From a virus (lineage: Duplodnaviria; Caudoviricetes), in the IMG/VR virus record IMGVR_UViG_3300023048_000002, positions 107,341 to 171,340 of that record: DNA of 64,000 nucleotides. The stretch is one strand, 5' to 3'. Under the pieces are notes generated by a model. It was not told the origin of the DNA. It saw only the letters and a program-made list of their open reading frames with translations, and ran no database searches. Of the stretch, positions 55,043 through 64,000 are shown piece by piece (the first letter of the stretch is position 1; every line of letters begins with the position of its first letter). A program made the translations under genes and the position numbers.

Positions 55043-58000
55043 ATGAGCGATTACAAGAAACCAAGAACTAATTTAAATGACTTCTTGCCTGAGCAGAACC
55101 GTTCTGCTTTCTTAAAGAATCTTAATGAGAATCTATTCAATAGATTTTTGACAAAAGATGAATTCGATCATGTAGTCGGCATCATTGGTGATGCCGACCC
55201 TAATAGTCCACTTAAACAGATTAAAGAATCCACTGCTTACCGTCAGTCTGAGCAGTTACAGCCTATTGCCTCAGTACAGGTAGGTTCTGAGAATAATTAC
55301 CTTTCATTTGAAGATTTCTTAAAGCGTCTTTCTCGTTTAGATGTTGATACATCCAAGTTTGACCAGTGGGGACGTACCCTACAGTTCAACTATGTCCCAC
55401 CTGTAGATATTGATAAGATCATTAACTATCAGGATTATTACTGGAATGCTGATGATGTCAATGATCTTCCAGATTATATTACAGTAAAGAACCAACAGAA
55501 TTGGGCTCTAGCTCGTAGTATCGAATTCAAGAAGGCCATCACAAAGGTACAACAGGCATTTCCTGTAGTCATTACTGATAGTCATCGTCTCTACATCACC
55601 GGTAATGCATTGGCTAGCTTTACGGCTGGTGACTCTATTCTATTGGCCGCACCAAATAACGTACTAGCGATCAATGTTATTCAATCCATTAGTTTGAATC
55701 CTGCTACCGGAAGATCAGAAATTCTTCTAAGAGATAGCATGGATGGTAGTGCGTACACATCCATCTACAACTTTGAAATTGACATAAAATCAATCAACTC
55801 AGATAATTCATTCACCGTTGCTGGTGATTTAACAAATATTTTCACCGCAGGCTTTGTTTTCCTAACTCTTCATGATGCTGATGAGAGAAACGTTCTATGG
55901 ACAACAGTTAGTGCCACATTCAGCACGAGCAACAACTCTACTAAGATTGTTGTCGATAAGACCATCGAAGCAAATGCTTCTTATAAAGAAATTTCTTTAC
56001 TGCCTATGGCATCATTAGCTGATGCTGAATACCAGTCAGTAAGTGGTGATGGTGATATCAATTATAATAGTCCATGGGATAATACCTATTTGGGTTCCTT
56101 GATATGGTTTCGCGACCTTCCAATCCTTTCCTCTGGTTCTGGTTACAGTCAGTTGGGTGATCATGGTATCTATGATAATGCATTTAATTTTATTAATATG
56201 CAGATTAGACCGGGTGATACCCTACAGTTAACCAACGGCCCTATTACTGGTGAGTACCAGATCATTTCAGTTGAACAGAACTTTTTGGGCATTGACTCAA
56301 GTATTAGAATGTTCACAAAGACTGGTCTTCAGTACAACATCTTAAGACAGACAATCTATGATTATCTGATCAATGACGTAGCACCTACCTTCCCAAATCT
56401 TTATGATTTGTGGGTTAATTCTACAAATGATACACTTAACCAGTGGAATGGCTCTACATGGCAGGTTGTTGTAGAAAACATTTCCATTCTTGTTTCAGCC
56501 GCACATCAGAGATATAAGCTATCGTTAAAACAGACTGATGCATGGTCTGTTTCAAATAAGTGGGTGCATAAGAATCAGCTAACATCTTTCTCTGGTAAAT
56601 CTCGTGCACAGCTTCCAATTATCGAATTTGATCCTTTCCTAGAATTGACCGATACTTCATATGCTGAATACGAGTGGAAGTACAGAAAGCTTGCTACTGA
56701 CTTGTACAGTACCACAACAGCACAACCTAGTTTGTTTGAAGTATCTGATGTAACAATCACTAATGCCACCAATCCAGAATTTATCTTTGTAAATGCCAGA
56801 ACTCTTCTTTTAGATAAGAAGTTTGGTAATTTGGTAAATGATATTCTTCCGGGTTCTCGTGTGAGATTGACAGGCTTTGCAAACAATACTGGATTGTATT
56901 ACGTAGACTCAGTTCAATTCAAGCAGCCAACTGTCACTTCAGCGTTCCAGACTTACATTCGTTTAACTGAAAGTGTACCAAATCCATTCGATCTAAAGAT
57001 TGGTGCTAGTGTTGGTCCAGAGAAGACCTCACAGGGTGACACATGGGCTGGATTTGATAAACATTGGATTTTCTATGGTATGAAGGATATTACGGCATCT
57101 AGCGTAAGTCCAACCAAGAATCCTATGTTGGATATCTTTGTTAAGTCATATGTTGACACAACCTATAACTATGAGACCAACGTAGGCCTAGTATGGCAGA
57201 CGCTTTCATACTTGAATGATGGTAATTACGGTGCTGTTATTCGTTTTGATGACAGCCTACATTCATTAGTTCTTTATGATGATTATCAGGAAGGTGACAT
57301 CCGTGTTTATCTAAACGGTGTCCGTCAGTACGGTAACTTCCAAGATGTCCGTTCAAACATCAATAGTGACTATGTTGGAACCATCGTATTTGATTCAAAT
57401 GTTGTCTTTAACAGAGGTGATGCAATCCGTGTCGAACTAGGTGAATACACCATAGAAGATATCGGCAGAAGAGCATTGCGTTTAGTCACAAACACAAATC
57501 TTGTTGATACTACACTTCCTTATGATTTGGTTAATATCACCAGATATCGTAAGCTTGAGCAGGATAAGCAGGATAAGAATATCTATCCATACTTCAACGT
57601 GTATGACGTTGAAGGTAACCCAAAGCAGATTGCTTCTCGCATTTTTATGTTCAGAGAAGATCAGTCCTATGACATTAATTCTTACATTTTAAAGAGAATT
57701 GTATTTGATGCTGATACGAAGGACTATGGGTTTGTCCAAGAATTGTCAGACACTACTACGGGCGAATTGTACTCATACAAGAACTTCTCGCAACCTAACT
57801 ATCCTCTCCAAACGATTTGGAAGCGAGGCGTTAATAATGAACAGTATGTTCCAAAGCAGTTGTCTGATGGTTCTTGGGACATTCCAAATCCTTGGTTCTA
57901 CAACATCAATCATGAACTTAGATCAGATATTAATCTGACTGAGTTGTACAAGCATTTCTCATCAATTATTTCTTTACAGAAAGTACCGGGTGTTGCCAAC

Positions 58001-61000
58001 TCTGCCAACATTAACCAGATTTACTTGAGTGATAATATCAACTTTGGTATTGGTGGTACGATCAAGGAACATAATAACGGTCTTGATCTATCAGTGTCTT
58101 CAACATTTGTTAACAATGTCACGCCATTGATGTTGATTCAGTTTGCACATGATCAATATATCAATTCATATAATTATATTCAGGAAGAGTTTACGAAGAA
58201 TGTTGTTGATTACCTAACAGGCAACACAACTCTAGCAAATCTTTCAACCATCCAGACTAAAGTAAACGATGTCCTTAGAGCCAGTTTTGAATCAAATGAA
58301 AAATTTGATGAATGGTTTGGTGATAGTACAACCTATAATGATGCAACACGTCTTGGTGTTAAGAGTTGGATTGCAACTCTACCATACCTAGGATTAATGG
58401 GTAAGTCAGCACCATATACATTATTTGATTCTAAGCGTGGTATTAATAGTGTCGCCTGTCATGATGGACATTTACAGGATGTGTTGATTCAGCCATCAGT
58501 TGTTCAGTCATTCATGATTAAACTAGCCAAGGCTGGCGTTACAACACAGACCATAACTACGGATGCTACAGCGTTCCCATCAGCAACATCTGGAACCATA
58601 GTGATTCGTGTTAACACAACATCAAAGACAAGAAATGTTTACAGATTGGCTACCTCAGGTAAGTGGGAAATTGTCAATTTTAATCAGATTTTAGCAACTG
58701 CTGTATTGAGTATCGAGCAGGCATTGTATGATGGTTGCCCAACATTTGATAAGATGAATTATGATTTTGATTCTGTAACATCAGATTCTCGTTTTGTTTC
58801 ATTGAACAACACTCAATTCAGTATATGGGCGAAGGCAAATGGTATCAAGTCTCCATTATTGAATTCAACATTTGCTCAGAATAACGCATTCACTTGGAAT
58901 TACGAGTTCACAACGATTGAGAGTGATCCAGTTTCAGGATTACCAACTTATAATTCTGCTGCTAGTTACCAGAAGCTATACCGAAACCTATATGGAACAT
59001 CATTCCCTAACCTTGAGCCATGGAAGCTACAGGGATATACTGATATCCCTTCATGGTGGGTTGTAACCTATGCCGATGATTCGGGTACTAGAAAGTGGAA
59101 GTCCATCATGTGGACAAACATTGTTAATGGTACGGTTCCAACAGGTAGACTACTACCAGATGGTAAGACAACATCTACTGGAATCATCAATCAAATCACA
59201 AAGAAATTTACTTATATTCCAGTAAACATGGATGGCACCAGCACATCTGATGGTTATGCATCAGATGATCTATTACCACCATACTGGAATAGTGGCAATT
59301 CAACCAACCCAAGAATCAAGACACCATTTGATGCTAATTCTGAACAAACAGTAATTACACCAAATGTCGATTACACATTTGGTGATGGTAATCCAAATGA
59401 ATGGGAATGGCAGACATCAGCACAGGGACTATATGACAAGCTAATTGTAGCTTTCAAGATCGATCCTATTACTTTTATGCATGATACTTTCAACGGTGAC
59501 AACTTCCGCAAGATTAACTGCTTGGATGTTGATGCAACCACAAAGAAAGTATTCTCACACACAGACACCATTTTCCATGGTGATTTGGATTCTGATGGTA
59601 ATGTATTCTATTCAAATGGTCTGAACCAATGGTATGTTCAGTACAATAGATATCACGGTTTTGATGGTGAAGCTTCAGAATTTAAGCCAGTGTGGAAGAA
59701 TTGGGATACACAGCTTTCCTATCTATTCTCTTCCTACATTGACACTCCAAGTCTCGATGTAGATAGTCAGATTTTTGATATCACAGGAAAAGATTATACT
59801 GTAAACGTTAAGAAAACCTATGGTTTCGAAGACCAGTGGTTGGATGCGTTGAATGCATCGGTCCTAAGCGTCCCTTCAAAGTACTCTAAAACCCGTGACA
59901 ATGGTGTAGGTTGGACAGTACAGTTCGATTCAACATCACAGACTGGTAGAAATATTAGCTTCTATGGTAAGGAAAACTTTGACTTCCGTGTTGTCAAGAA
60001 CTCAAATATCTTTGAAATCTTCTCTTACAGTATTGCAGATATTGGTATCACTGAACCAAAGATTTATGTCACCGCAAACTATGCTGAAACTGTACAGTTG
60101 GATGACCTAACAGGCTTCACTGGTGCTTCTCAGTACTCCGCGACCGCCACCATTGGTAGTGTGGGCTACCCATTGATACTAACAGCCTCTAACGCTGCTA
60201 CGATTGCTGATGCTATCGACACTATCAATATTCAGTTGAATAATGTTGGTATTGCATTCATCAACAATGGTAACATTTCAATTCAGGCTAACGGTAACAT
60301 AAGTATTACCGACAATGGTTTGTTTGCAACATTACATAATACATATGGTGGATTCTCAAACCAGATAAACACCGGCTATGAATTTGACAAGTATTTTGAT
60401 TTGTCAGGTAACTTGACGGGTGTTCTTTATGAAGGTGTTGATTTCACGGTCACAAGTTCAACACAATTTGATGGCACCTACACTATCAAGTCTGTTTACT
60501 ATAACATTCAGGATTCTATTACAAGAATATTCGTCAACGAATCTGTCACTCTGACATCAGGTACTAAGGATGGTTTGGTTGCACCAACTTCTAGAAGAAC
60601 ACTTCCAACCACATGGGTTGCTGGTACAGAACTATATCTAACTTCTGATGGTATGCTACCAACACCATTTGATGATATGACACCATATTACTTGATTCCA
60701 ATAGATTCTTATAGATTCAAGTTAGCTGGGTCAAAGGATGCTTCGCTTAAGGGTACTGGTGCTATCACTGCATTGACTGATGCAACATCACAGCAGTATG
60801 TTGGAAGAATTCAGACAACATTTAAGGCTCTAGGTGGAACCAATGCATCAAACTCATGGAGAGTGCACCACTCTGACACACGCCAAGTAATGGATATGGC
60901 ACAACCATTGTACATTTCTGGTGTTCAGCAGATGGTTGACTTCATCAGTGGTTACTCTGATTACTTGGAAAGCATTGGATTCTCAACCAACACAACCGAT

Positions 61001-64000
61001 ATTGCTAACTACGATGACCAGACTGGCCGTCAGAACTCATGGCAGGTTGAGATGGAGAAGTTCATTAACTGGCTATATGTCATTACATCCAGCCGTCAAA
61101 CTGATGATCTAATCTATCAGGTAACCCCTGACTACCCAAACAGCAGATTCCTATACAGTCAGAGTAATATAAACATTGCTAGCGCGCAGGCTGGTATCTA
61201 TCAGCGTGTGATCTTGATGCCAGTTGAGGATGGGACTCTACCAGAACCATTCAATAATCCATTGAAACAGCACATCCCATACTATGTCATCAAGTCAAAT
61301 GACGGAAAGGGATTCCAGTTGGCTTATACTAATACCGATGCTGGATCAGGTAACTATATTCCATTAGGCACTCCGGGCGTTGGATCAGTATTCTTCAAGA
61401 TTTACAAAGATCAAGCTGAATATCCTGAATTTGCCTTGAATCCATACAAGAAGGCAGTATCTATTAGTCACCCACAGGGAATTTTGTCAGATATTATTTC
61501 AAATGACAGAAAAGACATCCTAACTAACCAGAAGATTTATGATCAGACTGGTAGAGCTATAACGCATGATATGTTGATGGTCCTAAGAAAGGATGAATCA
61601 AGCCAAGCATTCCTAACTGATGCTATGGTTCGTGCTAATGCTATCGTTACCGATCCTGCTTATATCGCTGGTATGCACGTATTCATCGATGGTTATGAGC
61701 ATGTTCTCGTATTCAATGATTATTCAGTTTCAAATAACCTGATTTATGACTCATTCTTAGGTCTGAGAACTCAGCGTTTCTTCCTTGAATTTAACCGTTC
61801 ACCAAACATGACATTACGTCCAAACGTTGGTGGTTTCGTAGTACACAATGATGACTTGATGCAGAACTTTGAATCTGCGGTCAATGATCTTCGTTATATG
61901 TACGACACCTATAATGTGCAAGAATCAAAGCTTCTAACACAGCGTGTTAGAAAGTCTATGGGTTATGATGGTCAGCCAGAATATATGGCTGATCTTAACA
62001 TTAACCCTAAATCTTCCTTTATCTTCCACCGTGGTATGATTCAGAATAAGGGTACAAATCTCTCAATCGATGCCTTCACAAACCAGTCTCTATTCAATGG
62101 CGCAGAGTTAGATGAATTTTGGGCATACAAATTGGCACGCTTCGGTGATTCCAAGGAAAAGAACTACATCGAATTCAAGTTGACTCGTGAAGATTCAATT
62201 AAGAAAGAACTACGTGTAGAATTTGTAAATCCTGAAGAAAATGCGTTCAACAGTACATTCACAACAATCAGCCTTGCAGATACGACAAGATGGTGGGATC
62301 AACCAGACGTATTGGATAAGATGGCTCCAAGCAAGTCATTCTATTTCAACACCAGAGTTACCGCTATTTCCGAGCATCAGGAAAGCAATCTTAAGTTAGT
62401 AAATGGTAATTATCTGTTGGCTTTGGATAATGTATCTGATGGCGTTATCATCACATACTTTGACACCATCAGCGGTAACACAAAGCAGATGGTTAATCTA
62501 ACCGATTACCAATTAATCAATGCTAAGACTGTTATGTTCACAACTAAGACGATCCCAACCAACTATGTGAACATCACAGTAAGTTCCTTGACTTATGACT
62601 ATAATGCCCACACACCAACTGTCTTCGTTGACAAGGCTGCTGGCGTTATCGTAAATCAAATTGCTATCTGGAACCCAGCATTCGGTCAGTACAATCAGTA
62701 CCCGTATTCTTTAATTGATATTAAGAGTGCTACCGATCCAGCGGTCTATGAAGTAGACTTCACTGGCGGAACATATAATTATATCTGGAAAGAAGGTAAG
62801 AATGACAAAGTATGGTTAGACCTATCGGCTGAAGCCTATCTACCATATTACGATGCAGGTATCTACCCTAATATCGATGATAGAATCACTAATTGGGGTA
62901 AGTTAGCTGACTTTGGTTCGCTAACCATGTATCAGTGGACTGAATCTACTGTTCTACCATCATTGTATGTTGATACCTTCCCAAATACTGGTACACCTAA
63001 GACCAACCTATACAAGAACACTGGAACACAGAATGCTCCTGTTTGGGTTATCCAGAAGCCAGCACAGTTTGATGTGATTACAGGATTTGTCGATAATTCT
63101 ACCGTTGTTCCATTTACTGGTTCTGTAAATGTTTATAGAAATGGTATCTTTGACATGGTATTGGATTTGACACAGGTTACGTTGAACCAGTACGCACATG
63201 GTGCATTGATCCCTAATCAGACCATTAAGCCTTCTGTGCAAGATTACATTACTTTGATTCTACCAGTTGCAACACCTACACAGGATGACTTAACTAATTT
63301 GGTTTACAAGTATGACACACCATACTCAACCTCAATTAGCGTTAACGAAACCAATGGTGATGAAATTACCTATTACTACTATTGGGTATCTAATAAGGTA
63401 AACAAGATTACAAGCACTTCAAATTATACTTCAACTATTCGTCAGGCTCAGAAGGATTTGATCAACAATCCAAATCCTTACATGATCCTAAGCGGTCTGC
63501 GTTATGCTGATGATGGTTTCGGTGTTGTGTTTGGTAATGCATTTGATACAAACCCATATGATTTACCTGTGAGATATTCACAGTTGGTTATCCGTGGCTT
63601 AAAAGGCTTGGTAAGCGAAGATGAAAGATATGCTCTAAGATTCACAAGAGACTTCACATTACGAGACAGACTTCCAGTCAATGGTGATATCTACAACTAT
63701 GCTTCAACTAATGGTTTAACATCACCACTTGGTTTGAAGAATGTCCATTATGAGTGGAAGCTATTCCGTGAGAAGCAGACTCAGAAAGTCGATATGTTCC
63801 TATGGGAAAAGCTAATATCATCATTGGTAGGCTATCCAGTTGTAAATAAAATCATAGACTCTTCAACACGAATCCCAGCATTGGATCGAATTCTATTCGA
63901 TGGTATCTACGGTACTGATACTCAATATGGTTTGGGCGATGAACAGATTTTTGTTTCATCTGAACTAGGTCTAGGAACCATTCAGGCTATTTTGAATGAC
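55043..64000 (+). CDS. giant virion/baseplate structural protein (partial, at least 2986 aa)
   Basis: ATG 55043 after ATAAATA (55011-55017); frame spot-checked open at several points (DIDKIINYQDYYW, EPWKLQGY, DEFWAYK..FG) and at the window end; follows gp6. Confidence 0.8.
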   Translation, partial: MSDYKKPRTNLNDFLPEQNRSAFLKNLNENLFNRFLTKDEFDHVVGIIGDADPNSPLKQIKESTAYRQSEQLQPIASVQVGSENNYLSFEDFLKRLSRLDVDTSKFDQWGRTLQFNYVPPVDIDKIINYQDYYWNADDVNDLPDYITVKNQQNWALARSIEFKKAITKVQQAFPVVITDSHRLYITGNALASFTAGDSILLAAPNNVLAINVIQSISLNPATGRSEILLRDSMDGSAYTSIYNFEIDIKSINSDNSFTVAGDLTNIFTAGFVFLTLHDADERNVLWTTVSATFSTSNNSTKIVVDKTIEANASYKEISLLPMASLADAEYQSVSGDGDINYNSPWDNTYLGSLIWFRDLPILSSGSGYSQLGDHGIYDNAFNFINMQIRPGDTLQLTNGPITGEYQIISVEQNFLGIDSSIRMFTKTGLQYNILRQTIYDYLINDVAPTFPNLYDLWVNSTNDTLNQWNGSTWQVVVENISILVSAAHQRYKLSLKQTDAWSVSNKWVHKNQLTSFSGKSRAQLPIIEFDPFLELTDTSYAEYEWKYRKLATDLYSTTTAQPSLFEVSDVTITNATNPEFIFVNARTLLLDKKFGNLVNDILPGSRVRLTGFANNTGLYYVDSVQFKQPTVTSAFQTYIRLTESVPNPFDLKIGASVGPEKTSQGDTWAGFDKHWIFYGMKDITASSVSPTKNPMLDIFVKSYVDTTYNYETNVGLVWQTLSYLNDGNYGAVIRFDDSLHSLVLYDDYQEGDIRVYLNGVRQYGNFQDVRSNINSDYVGTIVFDSNVVFNRGDAIRVELGEYTIEDIGRRALRLVTNTNLVDTTLPYDLVNITRYRKLEQDKQDKNIYPYFNVYDVEGNPKQIASRIFMFREDQSYDINSYILKRIVFDADTKDYGFVQELSDTTTGELYSYKNFSQPNYPLQTIWKRGVNNEQYVPKQLSDGSWDIPNPWFYNINHELRSDINLTELYKHFSSIISLQKVPGVANSANINQIYLSDNINFGIGGTIKEHNNGLDLSVSSTFVNNVTPLMLIQFAHDQYINSYNYIQEEFTKNVVDYLTGNTTLANLSTIQTKVNDVLRASFESNEKFDEWFGDSTTYNDATRLGVKSWIATLPYLGLMGKSAPYTLFDSKRGINSVACHDGHLQDVLIQPSVVQSFMIKLAKAGVTTQTITTDATAFPSATSGTIVIRVNTTSKTRNVYRLATSGKWEIVNFNQILATAVLSIEQALYDGCPTFDKMNYDFDSVTSDSRFVSLNNTQFSIWAKANGIKSPLLNSTFAQNNAFTWNYEFTTIESDPVSGLPTYNSAASYQKLYRNLYGTSFPNLEPWKLQGYTDIPSWWVVTYADDSGTRKWKSIMWTNIVNGTVPTGRLLPDGKTTSTGIINQITKKFTYIPVNMDGTSTSDGYASDDLLPPYWNSGNSTNPRIKTPFDANSEQTVITPNVDYTFGDGNPNEWEWQTSAQGLYDKLIVAFKIDPITFMHDTFNGDNFRKINCLDVDATTKKVFSHTDTIFHGDLDSDGNVFYSNGLNQWYVQYNRYHGFDGEASEFKPVWKNWDTQLSYLFSSYIDTPSLDVDSQIFDITGKDYTVNVKKTYGFEDQWLDALNASVLSVPSKYSKTRDNGVGWTVQFDSTSQTGRNISFYGKENFDFRVVKNSNIFEIFSYSIADIGITEPKIYVTANYAETVQLDDLTGFTGASQYSATATIGSVGYPLILTASNAATIADAIDTINIQLNNVGIAFINNGNISIQANGNISITDNGLFATLHNTYGGFSNQINTGYEFDKYFDLSGNLTGVLYEGVDFTVTSSTQFDGTYTIKSVYYNIQDSITRIFVNESVTLTSGTKDGLVAPTSRRTLPTTWVAGTELYLTSDGMLPTPFDDMTPYYLIPIDSYRFKLAGSKDASLKGTGAITALTDATSQQYVGRIQTTFKALGGTNASNSWRVHHSDTRQVMDMAQPLYISGVQQMVDFISGYSDYLESIGFSTNTTDIANYDDQTGRQNSWQVEMEKFINWLYVITSSRQTDDLIYQVTPDYPNSRFLYSQSNINIASAQAGIYQRVILMPVEDGTLPEPFNNPLKQHIPYYVIKSNDGKGFQLAYTNTDAGSGNYIPLGTPGVGSVFFKIYKDQAEYPEFALNPYKKAVSISHPQGILSDIISNDRKDILTNQKIYDQTGRAITHDMLMVLRKDESSQAFLTDAMVRANAIVTDPAYIAGMHVFIDGYEHVLVFNDYSVSNNLIYDSFLGLRTQRFFLEFNRSPNMTLRPNVGGFVVHNDDLMQNFESAVNDLRYMYDTYNVQESKLLTQRVRKSMGYDGQPEYMADLNINPKSSFIFHRGMIQNKGTNLSIDAFTNQSLFNGAELDEFWAYKLARFGDSKEKNYIEFKLTREDSIKKELRVEFVNPEENAFNSTFTTISLADTTRWWDQPDVLDKMAPSKSFYFNTRVTAISEHQESNLKLVNGNYLLALDNVSDGVIITYFDTISGNTKQMVNLTDYQLINAKTVMFTTKTIPTNYVNITVSSLTYDYNAHTPTVFVDKAAGVIVNQIAIWNPAFGQYNQYPYSLIDIKSATDPAVYEVDFTGGTYNYIWKEGKNDKVWLDLSAEAYLPYYDAGIYPNIDDRITNWGKLADFGSLTMYQWTESTVLPSLYVDTFPNTGTPKTNLYKNTGTQNAPVWVIQKPAQFDVITGFVDNSTVVPFTGSVNVYRNGIFDMVLDLTQVTLNQYAHGALIPNQTIKPSVQDYITLILPVATPTQDDLTNLVYKYDTPYSTSISVNETNGDEITYYYYWVSNKVNKITSTSNYTSTIRQAQKDLINNPNPYMILSGLRYADDGFGVVFGNAFDTNPYDLPVRYSQLVIRGLKGLVSEDERYALRFTRDFTLRDRLPVNGDIYNYASTNGLTSPLGLKNVHYEWKLFREKQTQKVDMFLWEKLISSLVGYPVVNKIIDSSTRIPALDRILFDGIYGTDTQYGLGDEQIFVSSELGLGTIQAILND

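Noticed and set aside
56575-63241. Short ORFs listed inside 55-64 kb
   Set aside because: Alternate-frame or antisense fragments within the single giant ORF starting at 55043.
1-64000. Stop-codon reassignment or suppressor tRNAs
   Set aside because: Genes are full length in code 11, all three stops are used, and no clean CTA/TCA/TTA anticodon tRNA was found.

Overview
AT-rich segment of a jumbo myophage with T4-like core genes, resembling the RAK2/Atu_ph07/XacN1 type by gene content (inference, no search run). It uses the standard genetic code. Positions 1-29.4 kb (almost all minus strand) are an accessory region. It holds 23 assignable tRNA genes, 4 non-canonical tRNA-like genes, an HNH endonuclease among Thr tRNAs, and host-takeover or stress genes: porin, YgiB/YgiC, vWA, MazG x2, ACP-domain protein, WGR-PARP, ATP-grasp, TelA, ClpP, glycosyltransferase, M23 peptidase, Pth2, SLOG, Orn, thioesterase, HslV-like, NDT and a phosphoesterase. 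Positions 29.5-64 kb hold core genes: prohead protease, portal, late sigma gp55, gp47/gp46, a DinG-like helicase, a RuvC-like nuclease and a baseplate module ending in an ORF of at least 2986 codons that runs off the window. The most notable finding is an unannotated 32-codon leader peptide at 21132-21230. Its codons 2-17 use only Asn/Lys/Phe/Ile/Asp/His/Tyr, exactly the seven amino acids of the downstream tRNA array. It overlaps mutually exclusive antiterminator and terminator hairpins, which suggests a ribosome-mediated attenuator that turns on phage tRNA genes when host tRNAs are depleted. Other highlights are tRNA scaffolds with rebuilt anticodon arms, long-V-arm Ile/Lys/Thr tRNAs, mini-proteins resembling a capsid-protein segment, a uORF/RBS-hairpin switch, a -1 frameshift site in gp26-gp51, and a structured non-coding region of about 630 bp.
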